Source: Salpingoeca rosetta (lineage: Eukaryota > Protista > Choanoflagellata). Taken from it: DNA of 64,000 nt. The stretch spans positions 1,492,730 through 1,556,729 of the forward strand of contig JAWQFM010000010.1 in NCBI GenBank assembly GCA_033442325.1. The letters run 5' to 3'. Below the pieces are notes generated by a model. That model was given only the letters and a program-made list of their open reading frames with translations, was not told where the DNA came from and did no database searches. The position numbers and the translations under genes were made by a program. This document shows positions 1-13,764 of the stretch, piece after piece. Positions within the stretch are counted from its first letter, which is position 1; every line of letters begins with the position of its first letter.

Positions 1-391
1 TGTATATGTGTATGGGTGCAGCAACGTTGCGTTCACAACACGCTGCAATCACACAGCAAAACAATAATGCATGCATGTAATTCCACTATCCACTTCAGAA
101 CCAAGACAAACGCAAGCGCACCGTATTCCTCTGGATATGGTGATAAATACCAGGCACTCAGCCTGTACTTGCTGAAGTACACGCTTGTGATGTGCTTGAT
201 CTTCGTGTTCTTCTCGTACTCGCGCTCAACAGCATCCAGGGACGCCTGGCTGCCGCCCGTGCCTGCACGACCCATGTGACTTGCCTCTGTCTTTCGCTTC
301 ATGTTGCGCGTCACCTTCCGCGTCGGCTCCCACGTGCGCTTTGAAGACTGCACCCGGAATGAGGTCGATGTATGTGAGGGAGTGAGTGAAT

Positions 392-434
<43 letters not shown>

Positions 435-1793
435 TGCGTGCGTGCGTGCGTGTGTGCGTGAGTGCGTGTGTGTGAGTAAGTGAGTGTGAGTGAGTGAATG
501 AGTGAGTGAGTAAGTGAGTGTGTGTGTGTGAGTAAGTGTGTGTGTGTGTGAGTGAGTAAGTGTGTGTGTGTGTGTGTGTGTTGTCGATGGATCATAAGAG
601 GCATCACATCAGTTCCAGTGCACAACAGTGTCAGTTGAAACCTTGCTTGTCAACACAAAAATAAACACATCTCATGAAATACACACGGTTACACGCACAT
701 ACACACACACAGACACACACACACACACAAATACACAAATACACACACGCACACGTACATGCGCGCAAGCACAAACACACACACACGTTCATGCATGCAC
801 ACACCTTTGGACCGTCTGGCTTGTCGCCTTCAAGCTGCTTTTTGTAGTCTTCGAGATCGATGCGAGAGAGCGCCACCCACTCGTCCATGCGTCGATCATC
901 TGCAAAGCGAGACAGGATGGCACGAAGACAATGGTGCGAGGGAGGGGTAGTTTGTATTGATGATGAGCAACAAGAAATCGCTCAGTGGCGCAGTCATTCA
1001 CGAGGAGAACACAGAGCGATTAATTGCACACAACTGGGCTCCTCTCGACAATGCACAGTAATATGGCTCCTACATGCAAGGTAGTGGACGTAGTACTCCA
1101 ACTGGCCAGGCCTCCGCTCTCGCGACTGCACTACGGTGGCCTCATCTACGAATGAAAGGATGCATGAGCGCATGCGTGAGAGGAGAAGAAAGACAGAGAT
1201 GCGCCTCGAACTGCGACAACTCATGTCGAAGCCAGTCTCGCAATGGTATGGACCAGCAACAAAACAGGCTCATCAAAAGGTGTCAACGTACATCGAGCAC
1301 AACTACAATCACACACACACACGTGCACATATACGCACACACGCACACACGCACACACGCACACACGCACACACACGCAAACACACAACACGCACACACA
1401 TGCACACACGCACGCACACACATGTACACGCACACAATCGCAGAGTTTGCGTACGTGTTGAATTGTCATCCCATGACACGAGCACCACAGACCCAATGAG
1501 GGGCAATGGCAGCTCTGAAGACACTGCCGCAGAATTTGACGAAACAGATGTTGCTGATGATGTCGACGGCGTGGCAGAGGCTGTCGAAGAGGCTGCAGGC
1601 AAGGGAGACGGCAAGGATGGCGCCTCGTCCCCGCCCTCTGGAGAAGACGATCTGTGACAGGTCACCGCATCAACCACTGGATCGGTTACGTGGTGACGAT
1701 ACATCCATCCAACTACACCGTACCACAAGCGATCCCTTCCTCCTACACCCAACAAACCAAACACACACACGCGCGCACACACACACATCACAC

Positions 1794-1857
<64 letters not shown>

Positions 1858-1882
1858 CACAGTGGTCGCACCTCTCCGCCAT
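1..1882 (-). CDS. MYST-family histone acetyltransferase (KAT8/MOF/Tip60-like), 5' part; continues off the left edge
   Basis: ATG at 1882 (MAE|gtgcga). Spliced exons give a tudor-knot/chromobarrel (TVVQSRERRPGQLEYYVHYL...DRRMDEWVALSRID), then RKVTRNMKRK and the MYST start NTKIKHITSVYFSKYRLSAWYLSPYPEEY (exon about 122-350). Confidence 0.88.
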
Positions 1883-2022
1883 GGTCGTGGTGGTTGCTGA
1901 AGATTTGATAAAGTTTTCAGTCACTTTTCTACACTGCGGAGCAAAGGACAGCAAAAGCAACCACAACAAGCCAACAGCAAGCAAGCAAGTAAGCAAGCAA
2001 GGAACAGGCAATCAGCATTGTC

Positions 2023-2247
2023 ATGGAAGGTGGAGGCGAGGATGTGGTGACGGCTCAGCCAACAGCGGGGACGTCGGGGGAACCCTTGCCACCAGAAGGG
2101 TTCTTAGTCACCATTCCAAAGTTTCAAGAGAAGATTGACACCTCCGGTAAGCCACAACGCCACTGTCAAGCAAAGTCTGTGTCGTGTTTGTTGCGGAAGA
2201 GTTTGTTTGGGTTTTGGCTTGTCAGAACAACATCAGCTTGCTGCAGC

Positions 2248-2278
<31 letters not shown>

Positions 2279-2905
2279 TTGTGTCTGTGTGTGTGTGTGT
2301 CTGTCTGTCTGTCTGTGTGTGTGCCTATGTCTGTGTGTGTGTGTATGTGTGTGTGTTTGTGTGTCTGTCTATCTTTCCCTTTTTTTTCTCTCTCTCTCTC
2401 TCTGTGCCTGCCTCTGTGTCTGCCTGTCTTTCTTCCTTTCTGCCTGTCTGTCTGTGCCTTTCAGCTTGTGGATTTCGCCTCACACAACCCCATTGGTTCG
2501 GGTGCATGGTGCAGGGTCATACATGACATATGTCATCACAAGCGAGTTTGGGCCCGACAATGTCTTGAACATCACATCTGGTGAATATGCCGTGCATCGA
2601 AGGTGAGCACACCCTTCGTGAAATGGGTGTGTGCTGCTCGTCTCTGCGAATCCATGCGTGCTGTGCTTTGGTGACGGTTGTCACAAGGTTGTTCGCTTCC
2701 CCCGTCATCGTAGGTACAATGAGTTCTCCCACCTGGTATCATATCTGCGAGCGGCCCTGCCGTACGTGATTGTACCGCCAATCCCGGAGAAGAAGCTCAA
2801 CTTCAAGGTTCGGTCCTGCCCTGTTCAGCTGCAGCTGGCAGTGTACACTAACAAACGCATACACACACATGTACACACGCGCTCTGTGATTGCTTCCAGC
2901 TCATC

Positions 2906-2975
<70 letters not shown>

Positions 2976-4214
2976 ACTGCAGTGGAAGCAGATGGCCGTG
3001 GACGTCACGGATGAGGTGTTTGTGGGCAAGCGACGCATTGTGCTGGAGGATTTTCTTCGCCGCTGCCTCGACCACCCGCTCATCCGCATGGACAAAGGTA
3101 CACAAACGTGTCCTGCAGCTGTGTATGTGTATGTGTGGGTGTATGTGTATGTGTATGTGTGTGTATATGTGTGTGCATGTGTGTTTCTGAGTGTGTGGTT
3201 ACATGTGTTCACATGTGGTTACATGTGTTTCCATGCATGTCTATTCTTTCTCTCTCCCTTGTTAGTTTGTGTGGTGGGCTCGTGCTACTGTCAGCCCCAT
3301 GCACGTGTCCCTCGCTATATGCACTTATTTTACACCACTGACTGCACATACACGTGTGCGTGTGCTTTTGCTTTTGCTATGTTTCCATCGTTAGGCTTCC
3401 AGGCGTTTCTGCTGGAGCAGGACTGGATGGAGGATCTGATGGTGGAAGGATTTGATGGCGAAATGCACCCGTTCACGGGCGCCGAGTGGCTCTCATCTCT
3501 TCGCGCAATGACCGCCAGCCGCGCAACGGAACCGCAGCTGCTGTGCGCTGAGTTGCCGGTGTCTGCTTTGGCGTAGTTCTGTGCTTTGTGTTATTGACGT
3601 GGTTCGACTGCATGTTGCGTGCCCATGGCATGAATGCACAAGCACATTCCTTCCACGCGCACACACTCGCTCTCTTGCTCACACACACTCGCTTTCTCAC
3701 GCTCTCACATTCACATGCACTCGCACACGCCATCACCTACAACGGCCGCCAGGGAGGTGAAACACTTCAAAGCACTCGGCGCCTCCACGTCCCAGCACGT
3801 CGGTGTTCTCCTCAACGCACACGCAGGGTGGGGCCTACTTTGCCTGCTTGTTTGCTCGTTCGTTTGTTCGTAATTTGTTTGCTCGTTTGTTTTGTTCGCA
3901 TTTGTTTTGTTTGTTTTGTTTTGTTGTGTTTGTTTTGTTTTGTTGATGTGTCACCACTCATCTCCACCGCGTTTCGGTGCGGAACCAGTCTCGCGTACAA
4001 GGCACAGGCCCTCTCGGCCTTCTTCAAGGACTTTGCCGACGTGCTCACGTGAGGATGTGCTGGTTGTGACGATGGGATAGATGTGATTGTGCTGATGGCG
4101 ATGGAACTGATGAGATGGCGCCAATCACGAATCCAACGTTTCATGTTTTTCTCTTCCACTCACAAAACAACAATGTGTTTGTCTGCCTCTACTGCCCCAT
4201 GTCCGACAATCACC

Positions 4215-4271
<57 letters not shown>

Positions 4272-4281
4272 CTGATGATGC

Positions 4282-4362
<81 letters not shown>

Positions 4363-5086
4363 CCAGGGAGCTGTGTGAACTGATGCCCAAGCTCGCCGCG
4401 CCCTTCAAGTCGGCCTCAGCCCGCATCTCAAGGTGTGTGTGTATGTGTGTGTATGTGTGTGTGTCTGTCTGTGTCTGTCTGTCTGTCTGCGGTTTGCTGT
4501 TGCAGACCTGAACGTGACCGTGCACCTGAATCGCTCACTCACGACTCCACACCATTAACACAAACATTCGCACGTACACACATGCACATACCAATGCGCG
4601 CGACCGCTGCGGTGGCAGGATGGGCGATGCCACGGTGTGGCGGCTGCAGCAGGAGGAGCGCGCGTTTGTCGACACGCTCGTCGCGTTCATGGGATACACA
4701 GACAGCATCAGGTAGCCGACCACCACCACCACTACCACCACCAGCACCGCCACCGTCATCATGACTGCGCTCGCTTACACTCAGCCACGGGCATGTGCGT
4801 CTTGCGTGTTGTTGGTGCTGCCTTTTCTCGCCCAAGCAGCCGCCCAGACACACACACACATTTACACATATTTACACACATTTACACACATTTACACACA
4901 TTTACACACATTTACACACATTTACACACATTTACACACACACACACACAACCCAATTCCCCCATCCCCTTCAGTGCGTTTGTGAAGAATGAGGAGATTG
5001 CATTTGCAGCGAAAGTGCGAGCGCGAGATGCACACGCGTCCAAAGTCGCCACGATCACCGCCCTGGAGCGGCCAGACGAGGACAAG

Positions 5087-5117
<31 letters not shown>

Positions 5118-6067
5118 TGTGTCTGTGTGTCTGTGTGTCTGTCTGTGTGCCTGTGTGTGTCTGTGTGTGTGTCTGTGTGTACCTGTGCTTGAACAATGTG
5201 TTGCTTCTGTTTTGTGTTCTTCCTGTGAACCTTTTGTGCGCTCAATCACTCGCACATGCACTCCATTTTGCATCCACACTATACATTTCACCACATCTCT
5301 CATCACACCGTCTCCTCCTCCCGGACCCAGTCGCTGTCGGGGTTCTTCACGCGGCTGGCGACGACGGAGGCGTCCAAGGCGTCGAAGATCGAGGCGCTGA
5401 AATCAGAGGCCGAGCACCTCAAGCTCGTCGCAGAGACAGCAGAGCAGCAGCACAAGTGCGTACGGACGAAGAGAAGGGCGGTGACGGTGGATGGTGGATG
5501 GTAGATGGCGGATGATGGATGATGGATGGTGGAGCCATAGTGAGGTTGTGGTGGATGGTGAAATGGTGGAAGAGATGATGGTGAGGTTGTGTGTGCCGGT
5601 GGCGGGAGGATGTTGGGGTTTGCTGAACGGGAGGTGTGTAAGCTATTCAATGAACATATGTGTGTGGTTACATTACATCACTGAATGTGCTTGCTGCTTG
5701 TTTGTGTGTCAGGGATTTCCTGCAAGAAGCGCTGAAGGAGATGAAGCGGTTCAGTGCAACGAAACGCCATGAGCTACTGTCCATCTTCAAGGACTACGCA
5801 CGCCTGCAAAAGGTGCCAGCTAAATGTTGATGTGTGCGTCTTGTGTGCTGTGGTTTGGGCAAGGTTGCGTGCACACCTTGCTCTGCTTGACCCAAGTGCA
5901 CACTCGTAGTCCACTCTCACCACCCTCACCACCCTCACCACCCCTTCCTTTATTTCTTCCTCAACATGCGCCTTTTGTTGCTGCTGTTTGCTGTACAGGA
6001 GCACGCGCACCACATTGCCAAGATGTGGACGGACATCAAGCAGGCCGTCTCCGCCCCACAACCATGA
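2023..6067 (+). CDS. Sorting nexin, PX + BAR (SNX4/SNX7/30-like), about 13 exons
   Basis: PX motifs across exons: SYMTYVI...VHRR|[27 protein letters not shown] and [22 protein letters not shown]. Helical BAR exons end [29 protein letters not shown]|[25 protein letters not shown] at 6065-6067. Confidence 0.85.
4215..4362. repeat. (GAT)n microsatellite in a sorting-nexin intron
   Basis: About 48 near-perfect GAT units immediately before a cag acceptor. Confidence 0.95.
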
Positions 6068-6298
6068 CACTTCTTTGCTTGTGTCTGTGTGTGTCTGTGT
6101 CTGTGTCTGTGTCTTTGTGTCTGTGTCTTTGTGTCTGTGTGTGTCGGTGTGTGTCGGTGTGTGTCTGTGTGTCTGTGTCTGTGTGTGTCATTCCACGACC
6201 ACCGCCCCATCCCGCTGTTACTTGTGTGGATAGTTTGCAACAGTTTCAATAAATTTCCGGAAGCAAGAGGAGGAGGACAACAACCAACAACAGCAGCG

Positions 6299-6744
6299 AT
6301 GGCGACAAAGGATGAAGAGGTGGACGTGTTGCTGACTGGGTTTGAGGTGTTTGGACGCCACACCATCAACCCTTCCTGGGAGGTGCGTCTGAACTCACAC
6401 AGAGTTGGTTGGGCCTTGGCTTGGTGTGTGATGCACGTGCACGTGCACGTGCAGTTCTCGCCTCAGCTCGCGTTTGCTGGTGCGTCTTGATGTGGCTCAT
6501 GACACAACTCATGCAACACATCATGACACCACATGTCTCCTCCGTGTCTACCCACACCACCTGCGCCGCCCGTCATGTTGACAGATTGTCAAGACGCTCA
6601 ACGATATGCCCTTGCATGGGCTGAAGGTGCGAGCGCACCTACTCCCCGTCGACTATGGTCAGTGCGTTGAAATGACATGATTTGACGCAGCTGTCACAGA
6701 GCGTGTTCCATCCCAGAGCGTGTGCCGTCCCCAATTTCACCTCC

Positions 6745-6815
<71 letters not shown>

Positions 6816-7298
6816 ACAACCACAGCTGGCGTGGACGAGAGCTACCCGAAAATCCTGGCGCAGTATCCAAACTTGAAGCTGATCATCAACTGTGGCGTGG
6901 GGTCAGCGGGCTCCCTGCAGCTCGAGCAGATTGCACGCAATGGGCCATACACCCGCCTGGACAACAGCAACTCGGCCCCTGCTACTGAACTCTGCAGAGC
7001 AGAGGACGACCCCTCCTTTGTCCGCAAAACCACGCTGCCACTGGAAGACCTTGTTGCGGACTTGACGCGGGCCGCACCCGACTTGCAGCTCAAGACCTCC
7101 ACTGACGCCGGCCTCTTCCTGTGTGAATACACGTTCTACAACAGCTTGAGGGCGCAGCGCTGCCCTGCCGTTTTCTTCCACGTGCCTCCGTATGGAAGCC
7201 CGTACTCGGAGTCTGTGCTGAGACTGCACGCGTTCAACGTTTTATCCCGCCTCGTGCGCCACATCGCCTCTGCATCACCAAAGGCCCTGCGCCCAAAG
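6299..7298 (+). CDS. PGPEP1: Pyroglutamyl-peptidase I (peptidase C15) domain; probably the N-terminal half of a fusion with the downstream Nudix domain
   Basis: MATKDEEVDVLLTGFEVFGRHTINPSWE...LPVDY...LIINCGVG...LQLEQIARN...STDAGLFLCEYTFYNSL...AVFFHVPP. The catalytic Glu/Cys/His are present. Unspliced, the frame stops at 7304. Confidence 0.9.
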
Positions 7299-7492
7299 GT
7301 TTAATGCCTGTGTATGTGTGTGTATGTGTATGTGTGTGTATGTGCATGCATGTGTATGCATGAATGAAAGTATTTGAGCGCGTGTGTGCTGTTTGCTTGT
7401 TCCCCTGCTCTGGCGTTTGTGTTACTACCCCATGTCACTTCCTTGCACCTTTTTATCCCTGACACACACACACACACACGTCTGCAATACAG

Positions 7493-8237
7493 GTAGGCCT
7501 GGCAGTCCTGGTGACGAGCAAGGCGTACCCTGGATGCGTCATCGTTGGCCGGCGCAAGTCCGCACACAGCGATGGCAACCCGACCGGCAAGGGCTCATGG
7601 GCTCTCCCGGTACGCCCCAGCCAGCACCTCTGGCATGACTTGTGTGCGCATGTTGGATGGTGGAAGGGCGCGCGTGCTTGCATGCATGATGTGGCCACAA
7701 CTGCTTCTTTGCTTTGCTTCTTGCGCGACTTTGCGTGCTGTGCTTGCTTCATTCCTCTCACTGCCGTGCTGCCACGGCCCACACCCTCTGGTGCTCACCC
7801 CCACAACTATCACCAACAACCCCATCGCCGTCATCAACACCAACATCATCACAACCACCAACAAGGGCGGCCATCTTGAGTTTGGAGAGTCGTTTGAAGC
7901 GTGTGCAGCGCGCGAGGTGGCAGAAGAGTGCGGCCTGAACGATCTGACGCGCGTGCGCCACGTCGCCACCGTCAACAGCATCGACAAGACGTCCAACTAC
8001 CACTACGTCGTGCCGTTCGTTGCAGCGGAGACGAGCGGTGAGCCCGTGGCCATGGAGAAGGACAAGTGCGACGCGTGGGAGTGGCGGCGGTGGTCCGATC
8101 TTCCGCAACCACTCTTTGCGCCCCTCGCACAGCTCAAGGCAACGGCCTTTGACCCGTTTGCAAGCAGCAGCAGCAATGGCATAGGCAACGGCCTGCAAGA
8201 CGACAAGCACGACACCAACAGCACGCAACCCGCATAG
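7493..8237 (+). CDS. Nudix hydrolase, NUDT15/MTH2-like; no separate start codon evident, likely spliced to the upstream peptidase
   Basis: Exon 7493-7609 reads VGLAVLVTSKAYPGCVIVGRRK...GKGSWALP. Exon 7866-8237 reads GGHLEFGESFEACAAREVAEECGL (Nudix box)...YHYV...EPVAMEKDKCDAWEWRRWSDLPQPLFAPL. Confidence 0.88.
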
Positions 8238-8662
8238 CTTGTGTGTCTGTCTGTCTGTCTGCATTTCTGTGTGCATGTCTGTGTGTGTGTGTGCGCGCGT
8301 ACATTTTAATGGGCATGTCCAGGCATTGATGAAGTGTGCGTTTAATGACGTGAGTCCACGCGGGCGCAGCAGAGGAGCAAGTTCAGACATGGGAGCATGA
8401 ATGCATGAACAAAAAAAAAAGGCACGCACGTGCGTATGTTGTAAAAACACAAAACGCGTGGTGCGTGTGAAGAAAGCACACAAAGAATAAATGCCATGAT
8501 GGGATGACGCAGTGAAAACAAGGAAATGGGTTGCACGATGGCGTGGGCAGGAAAGTGTGATGTGCACGTGGGTTCGTCGTGAGCGAACCAAATGCTGCCA
8601 TGGCTGGCTGCAAACGAAGAGAAGGTCCGTTCCGCAGTTGGCTGTGCGGTCGGCCCTCATGA

Positions 8663-8772
8663 TCAGAGGCGGTACACGCGGAAGTCGTACCACGCACCGC
8701 CACCTGCAGGCAGTGAACACACGAACGAAGCAGTTGATGAACCAAGAGAATGTGTGTGTGTGTGTGTGTGTG

Positions 8773-8827
<55 letters not shown>

Positions 8828-9794
8828 GTGGGGGAGGGGGGGCAGTGCGCACTTACAATGCAAGCAAATGTGTCGTGGGACCACAGCACAAGTTGAGGGT
8901 TGATGAGCTGACACAGTGTGGTCCCACTTTCTTTCACGCTCAATGAACTCAAGCTCATGTGCACATGAGCACGCACGAACGGCCACGCTTACTGAATTCG
9001 TGCATGTAGTATTCCACGGTGTACACGCCCGCGGGGATGTCGTGGTCGTGCGTGTGCCCGTTGCACGACGTACAGCCTCCACATCCATGCTGCACACAAC
9101 GCGTGTCATGACGGTTCTTACATGTCAATACTGGGGCAAAACAAGGAGTCACACACTCGATTGTACCAGCACGCGCACACACATACATGCCGACACGCAC
9201 ACGCACACACATGCACACAAGCACACATGCACACATGCACACAAGCTTACGTCGATGGCGTAGAATGTCCTTGGGCCACTGAGGTGAATCCTGCAGCAAT
9301 CATCCGCAGCGCCTAAACAGGAACGACACTAACGTGAGACTGTCATGACGGCATGTTCTCGGTGGAACGAAAATGAGCAGAACTATGAAACGGAACGCCT
9401 GAACGCAAGCAAGCCGGTAAGGCATGCATGTGCCAGGCGCAACGCGCCATTGCATCACATCCGCCATAATCCCCCAGAAAACGCCATATTGCATTACGCA
9501 CAGTAGAAGCGGTATCTTCCGGCTGCAAACTTGACGGTGGATGTGGCGCGCACATCGTAGTTGCTTCCGTGATCACCGCCAGTGAGCTGCGTGTTCTGGT
9601 ACGCACCACCACCGCGGCAACCTGCAATTCAAACATGTGTGACATCCGTGCAAGGCGTCATGAGCGTTGACCATCAGTACATTGCTTGCAAGCACCATGT
9701 AGTATGGCAAGATAGGTATGTGCGTGTGTGTGTGTGCGTGTGTGTGTGTGTGTGTGTGTGCGTGTGTGTGTGTGTGTGTGCGTGTGTGTGTGTG

Positions 9795-9869
<75 letters not shown>

Positions 9870-12800
9870 TGGCACGGCACAGCAGAAAAGCATCAGCAAT
9901 GGCCGCACCTCCTTCAGCGCCCGTCATTTTCCATTGGCCAGCCGAGCAGGAGCTGTAGCCCACCTGCAGACAGATAGTATGACAGAACAGAGAACAACAG
10001 CAGTCTGTGTTTAAGGACGCGGCAGACTCGATGTGTTTGACGATCGTTCGGCATCATGCATGTGCATGTGCATGTGTGCGTGCATATGCACGCGCAATTA
10101 TGGCACCCACCACTTTGATGCCTCCAGGTAAGCATTCGAAGTTGGAGGTGCCGGGGCAGGTGGGTGTCAGGGGGTATGTGCCCCCAGGGCAACCACATGT
10201 CTTACACGACGACTCTGTTCACAGCCATGATGACACAGCACGCAAGGAGCACACAACAGGTGGAGGCATGAGTGCTGTCTCATGAACGCTCTGGCATGTA
10301 ATCTGCTCGCTTGCTTCCTTCGTACGACAAGCGCAGTCAGCAGCGAATGGTTGCAGTATCATACAGCAACATCAACGTAGCACGTACAGCAGCATCAGCA
10401 GCACCAGCAGCACCAGCAGCATCAACAGCGCCAACAGCGCAAACAGCGCCAACATTATGGCAATGGGTCGCCTCCAAGCAAAAGAGTGACGCCAACACAC
10501 CACAGTGAGACAAACCACAAGCAAATCACGGCAGGCTGTCAGCGCACCTCTGTGCTGCGATGCGTCCTGGTACTTGCCGCTCGGGCAGGTGACGCACGAG
10601 CTGTCGCCGACGGTGCGGTCGCAGGGCACCATGTACGAGCCGGCATTGCAATGCGTGGGTGTGCAGTCCTGGCATTTACGCTCCATGTTTGGGGTTGCGC
10701 TGTAGGTGAACGCAGGGCACTGCTGGCACTGGTTGGCTTCCGTGGGCGTGCACGCCCTGTTCATAAACTCGCCTGAAGGCAACGTGTGGAAGGAGGTTGA
10801 TGAGTGAGTGCAGGGATGAGTGAGTGGAGTGAGTGGAGTGAGTGAAGGGGAAAAAAGGGAGTGAGTTGAGTGGAGTGAGGGACTGTAACACTTGCTTGTG
10901 TGACTGGAGTCGGTGCTTGCAGGCAATGGTACAATGAATGAATGCCACGAGCACACGTGCATGTCAATGCAACATGCAATGCGTATCAGCTCCAGTGTCC
11001 CCGACCTGCAGGGCAAAACTTGAGACAGCGCTCTGCTGCGGCGATGGCTGGTGCCATGCGGTCAATGGCGCTGGTGACACCGTCCAGTTCAGCAGAGAGC
11101 GCATCGCTCGCCGCCGACACCGTGCTCGCAAGCTCATCCCGCAGCGTCGACAGCACGCCGTCGTCTTGCTCATCCACCTGATGCGCACGTGTGAGTGTGT
11201 GTGTGTGAGAGAGTGAGTGTGTGTATGTGTGGGGGGGGGGAGGGGAAGAGAAGCAACCATGGAGGTGTGAGCGTTGCATGCTTCAGCGATGTTATGAAGT
11301 GACAGGATTGAAGAAGAGAGAGCATGCCATTTGCTGCCAGAGCATGCGTAGTGAGGAAGCAAGCAACCATAGTGTACATGTGATATTGTGCACGTGTGTG
11401 GACTCACGTAAGTTTGAAGGCTGTCGATGCGGCCATCCACACGATCAAACTGCAGCGTTGATGATGAAGGGAGAGAGAGAGAATGTGTGTGTGTGTGTGT
11501 GTGTGTGTGCGTCATGTGGTTAAGCAAGGGGAACGTGGCGAGCGAGGAGTGTGATCGCATGGTGATTGACTGCACGGGCGTGGACGAGCGCAGCCAGTCA
11601 AACACATGCGCACTGCGAGCAGACGACGAGAAACACAACAGACACATACCTCTTCACCCAGATACTCTGTCAGAGTCGAACCTATTGTCACAAGCAGAAG
11701 TCATAAGGAAATAAATGACACAATGATGAGTGCGCATATGGTGACTGGTGAGCTAACTGTGCGCTAGTGCGCACACCGAAAACACCACATCAACGAGGAG
11801 ACAAGCCAAGCTCATACGATTCCTGCATTGGCATTCACGCCAGCTCATGCACAAACAAATATCGCGTATGCACGCAAAAGTCGTGCGCAACTATCACGCA
11901 GATGCATATGTGCGGACGCTCCTGTGTGCCGTGTTCACATACCCTGTGGTGCGTTTGCGTCAATGGCATCTTGGACAGCTGCGCGCACGACGCCCTGGCT
12001 GTCGAGCACATTGGCGGCCACAATCTGCGCCACCTTCGCCTCTGTGCGCACACGCGCGCTGCCATCCTCCATGATGGTGGACAGCGTGGAGGTGATGGAC
12101 GCCTCAATCTCAACGTCGCTCAGGATCCGCCCAGACCTGCGCGCATGTGGTTGGGGAGAAGGGGGTGAAGGGAGAGGGTGGTGGCGAGAGTTGTGGGGGA
12201 GGTGGTGAGGATTGTGGAAGTGGGGGGTGTTCACGCGTTGGGCAACACCGGATTCAGCACCCCTCCATGTGCAACATGCACGTGCAGGTCTTCTCGTGAT
12301 TGCACGCATGTGTGTGGTGGTGGTGTGGCATTGTGACATGGCTGTGGACCCACCAAGCGTTTGGTTGGAGGTTTTGGGTCATGTAAGCAAGGTCCATGCG
12401 CTTGTCATCAAAGACCTCCACGCGAAGTGTGCCGCCCTCGGTCACCAGCTTGGGCTGTTTAGCTGAAGGGCGGGGTGTGAGTAAGTGTGTGTGTGTGTGT
12501 GTGAGTAAGTGTGTGTGTGTGACTGGGTGGGTGAGTGTATGGAAAGTAGAACCACGCGTGCACATGTACACACACACATGCACATACACATACGCACATA
12601 CACACACACGCCAACAGCACTATCTGTGTACGTACGAGTGCACATGGGAAGGGTGCCGATGAACTGGCCGTTGTCGCAGGTGAGGGCAGCGGTGGCGCCA
12701 GCGTAGCCCACGGCACACGGAATGACGCAGCTGTTGGTGTGCACGGCACCAAAGCAGTCGCTCAAGTCCATGGCCTGCGGGTCGGCTTCCGCAGGCAAGC

Positions 12801-13764
12801 TGCAAGGCACAGCTATCCAACCCAACAGTAACAACAACAGCAACAACCAAAACAACGGCATGACGTGACAGAGGGTGAGACGGTAATGGTGGTGGTGACG
12901 AGGAAGTTGACACATGGATTGGACAATGTTCGATGGAAAGAAGGGGCAGACAATGTGTCTGTGTAAGGTGCACTGGCTTCTCACAGCCAAACTGAAAGAG
13001 AACGACGGGGCAGGTGGGAGCTGCACGTCAATGACTCAATCACTCACGTGTGCACGAGGGAGGTGGTGCATCAAACGCGGTTGTGTTGGCGTTTAGGGCT
13101 GTGCAGGTGCGGGTGACATCTGCGCCCGCGTAGCCACGTGCACACTCCCAGGTACACGCGTCACCAACAGGCACAAGCGAGCGGCAACCATGGCTCACAA
13201 TAGCGCTCTCATCCTCCGCAGGGTTGCACGGTGCTGTGCAAGAAAGTGACAAGGTGGTGGTGATGGCGGTGACGGTGGTGTAACGTGAGTTGTGTGGGGG
13301 AGAGGGAATCTACGCAGCCATACGCACGCATACACAACCCAAGCAAACACAAACACAAACACAAACACAAACACATACACAACACAAACCAACATAACAA
13401 CACAAACACAAACTTAAACACATACACATACATACAATGCACAACACAAACATGCACAAACACACGCACCAAAACATGTTGGAAGGGACCCTTGGAACGT
13501 GGAGTTGGAGCCGCACACGAGCGTCTGGGGCGTGCCGGTGTACGAGCCAGAGACGTCGCACGAGGCAATGCAGGTGGCGCCGAGCGCAACATTGTTGCAG
13601 TTGTGCACGACATGGCTTGGCACTGCTCCAAAGGAAGCTACGAGCGAGGCAGCGTCGCACGCCCCGCCATCCTGCACAGCACACCCCATCTGCGCCACCG
13701 CCAACAGCTGCGCGCACACCACGAGCGCCAGCCACGGGCCACACACACGGTGCTTTGATGCCAT
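8663..13764 (-). CDS. Secreted Cys-rich multidomain protein: signal peptide, 3 Sushi/CCP-like repeats, coiled coil, TNFR-like Cys repeats, C-terminal PA14-like domain
   Basis: Signal-like start [24 protein letters not shown]. Three one-exon repeats of type C..C..GY.G....L.C....F.G..P.C. Helical exons ([21 protein letters not shown]). TNFR-like [28 protein letters not shown]...[11 protein letters not shown]. End: [20 protein letters not shown]...[27 protein letters not shown]. Confidence 0.72.

Noticed and set aside
4083-4511. Poly-Met / poly-Asp / poly-Ile ORFs
   Set aside because: A (GAT)n tract in a sorting-nexin intron; the exon resumes after the cag at about 4366.
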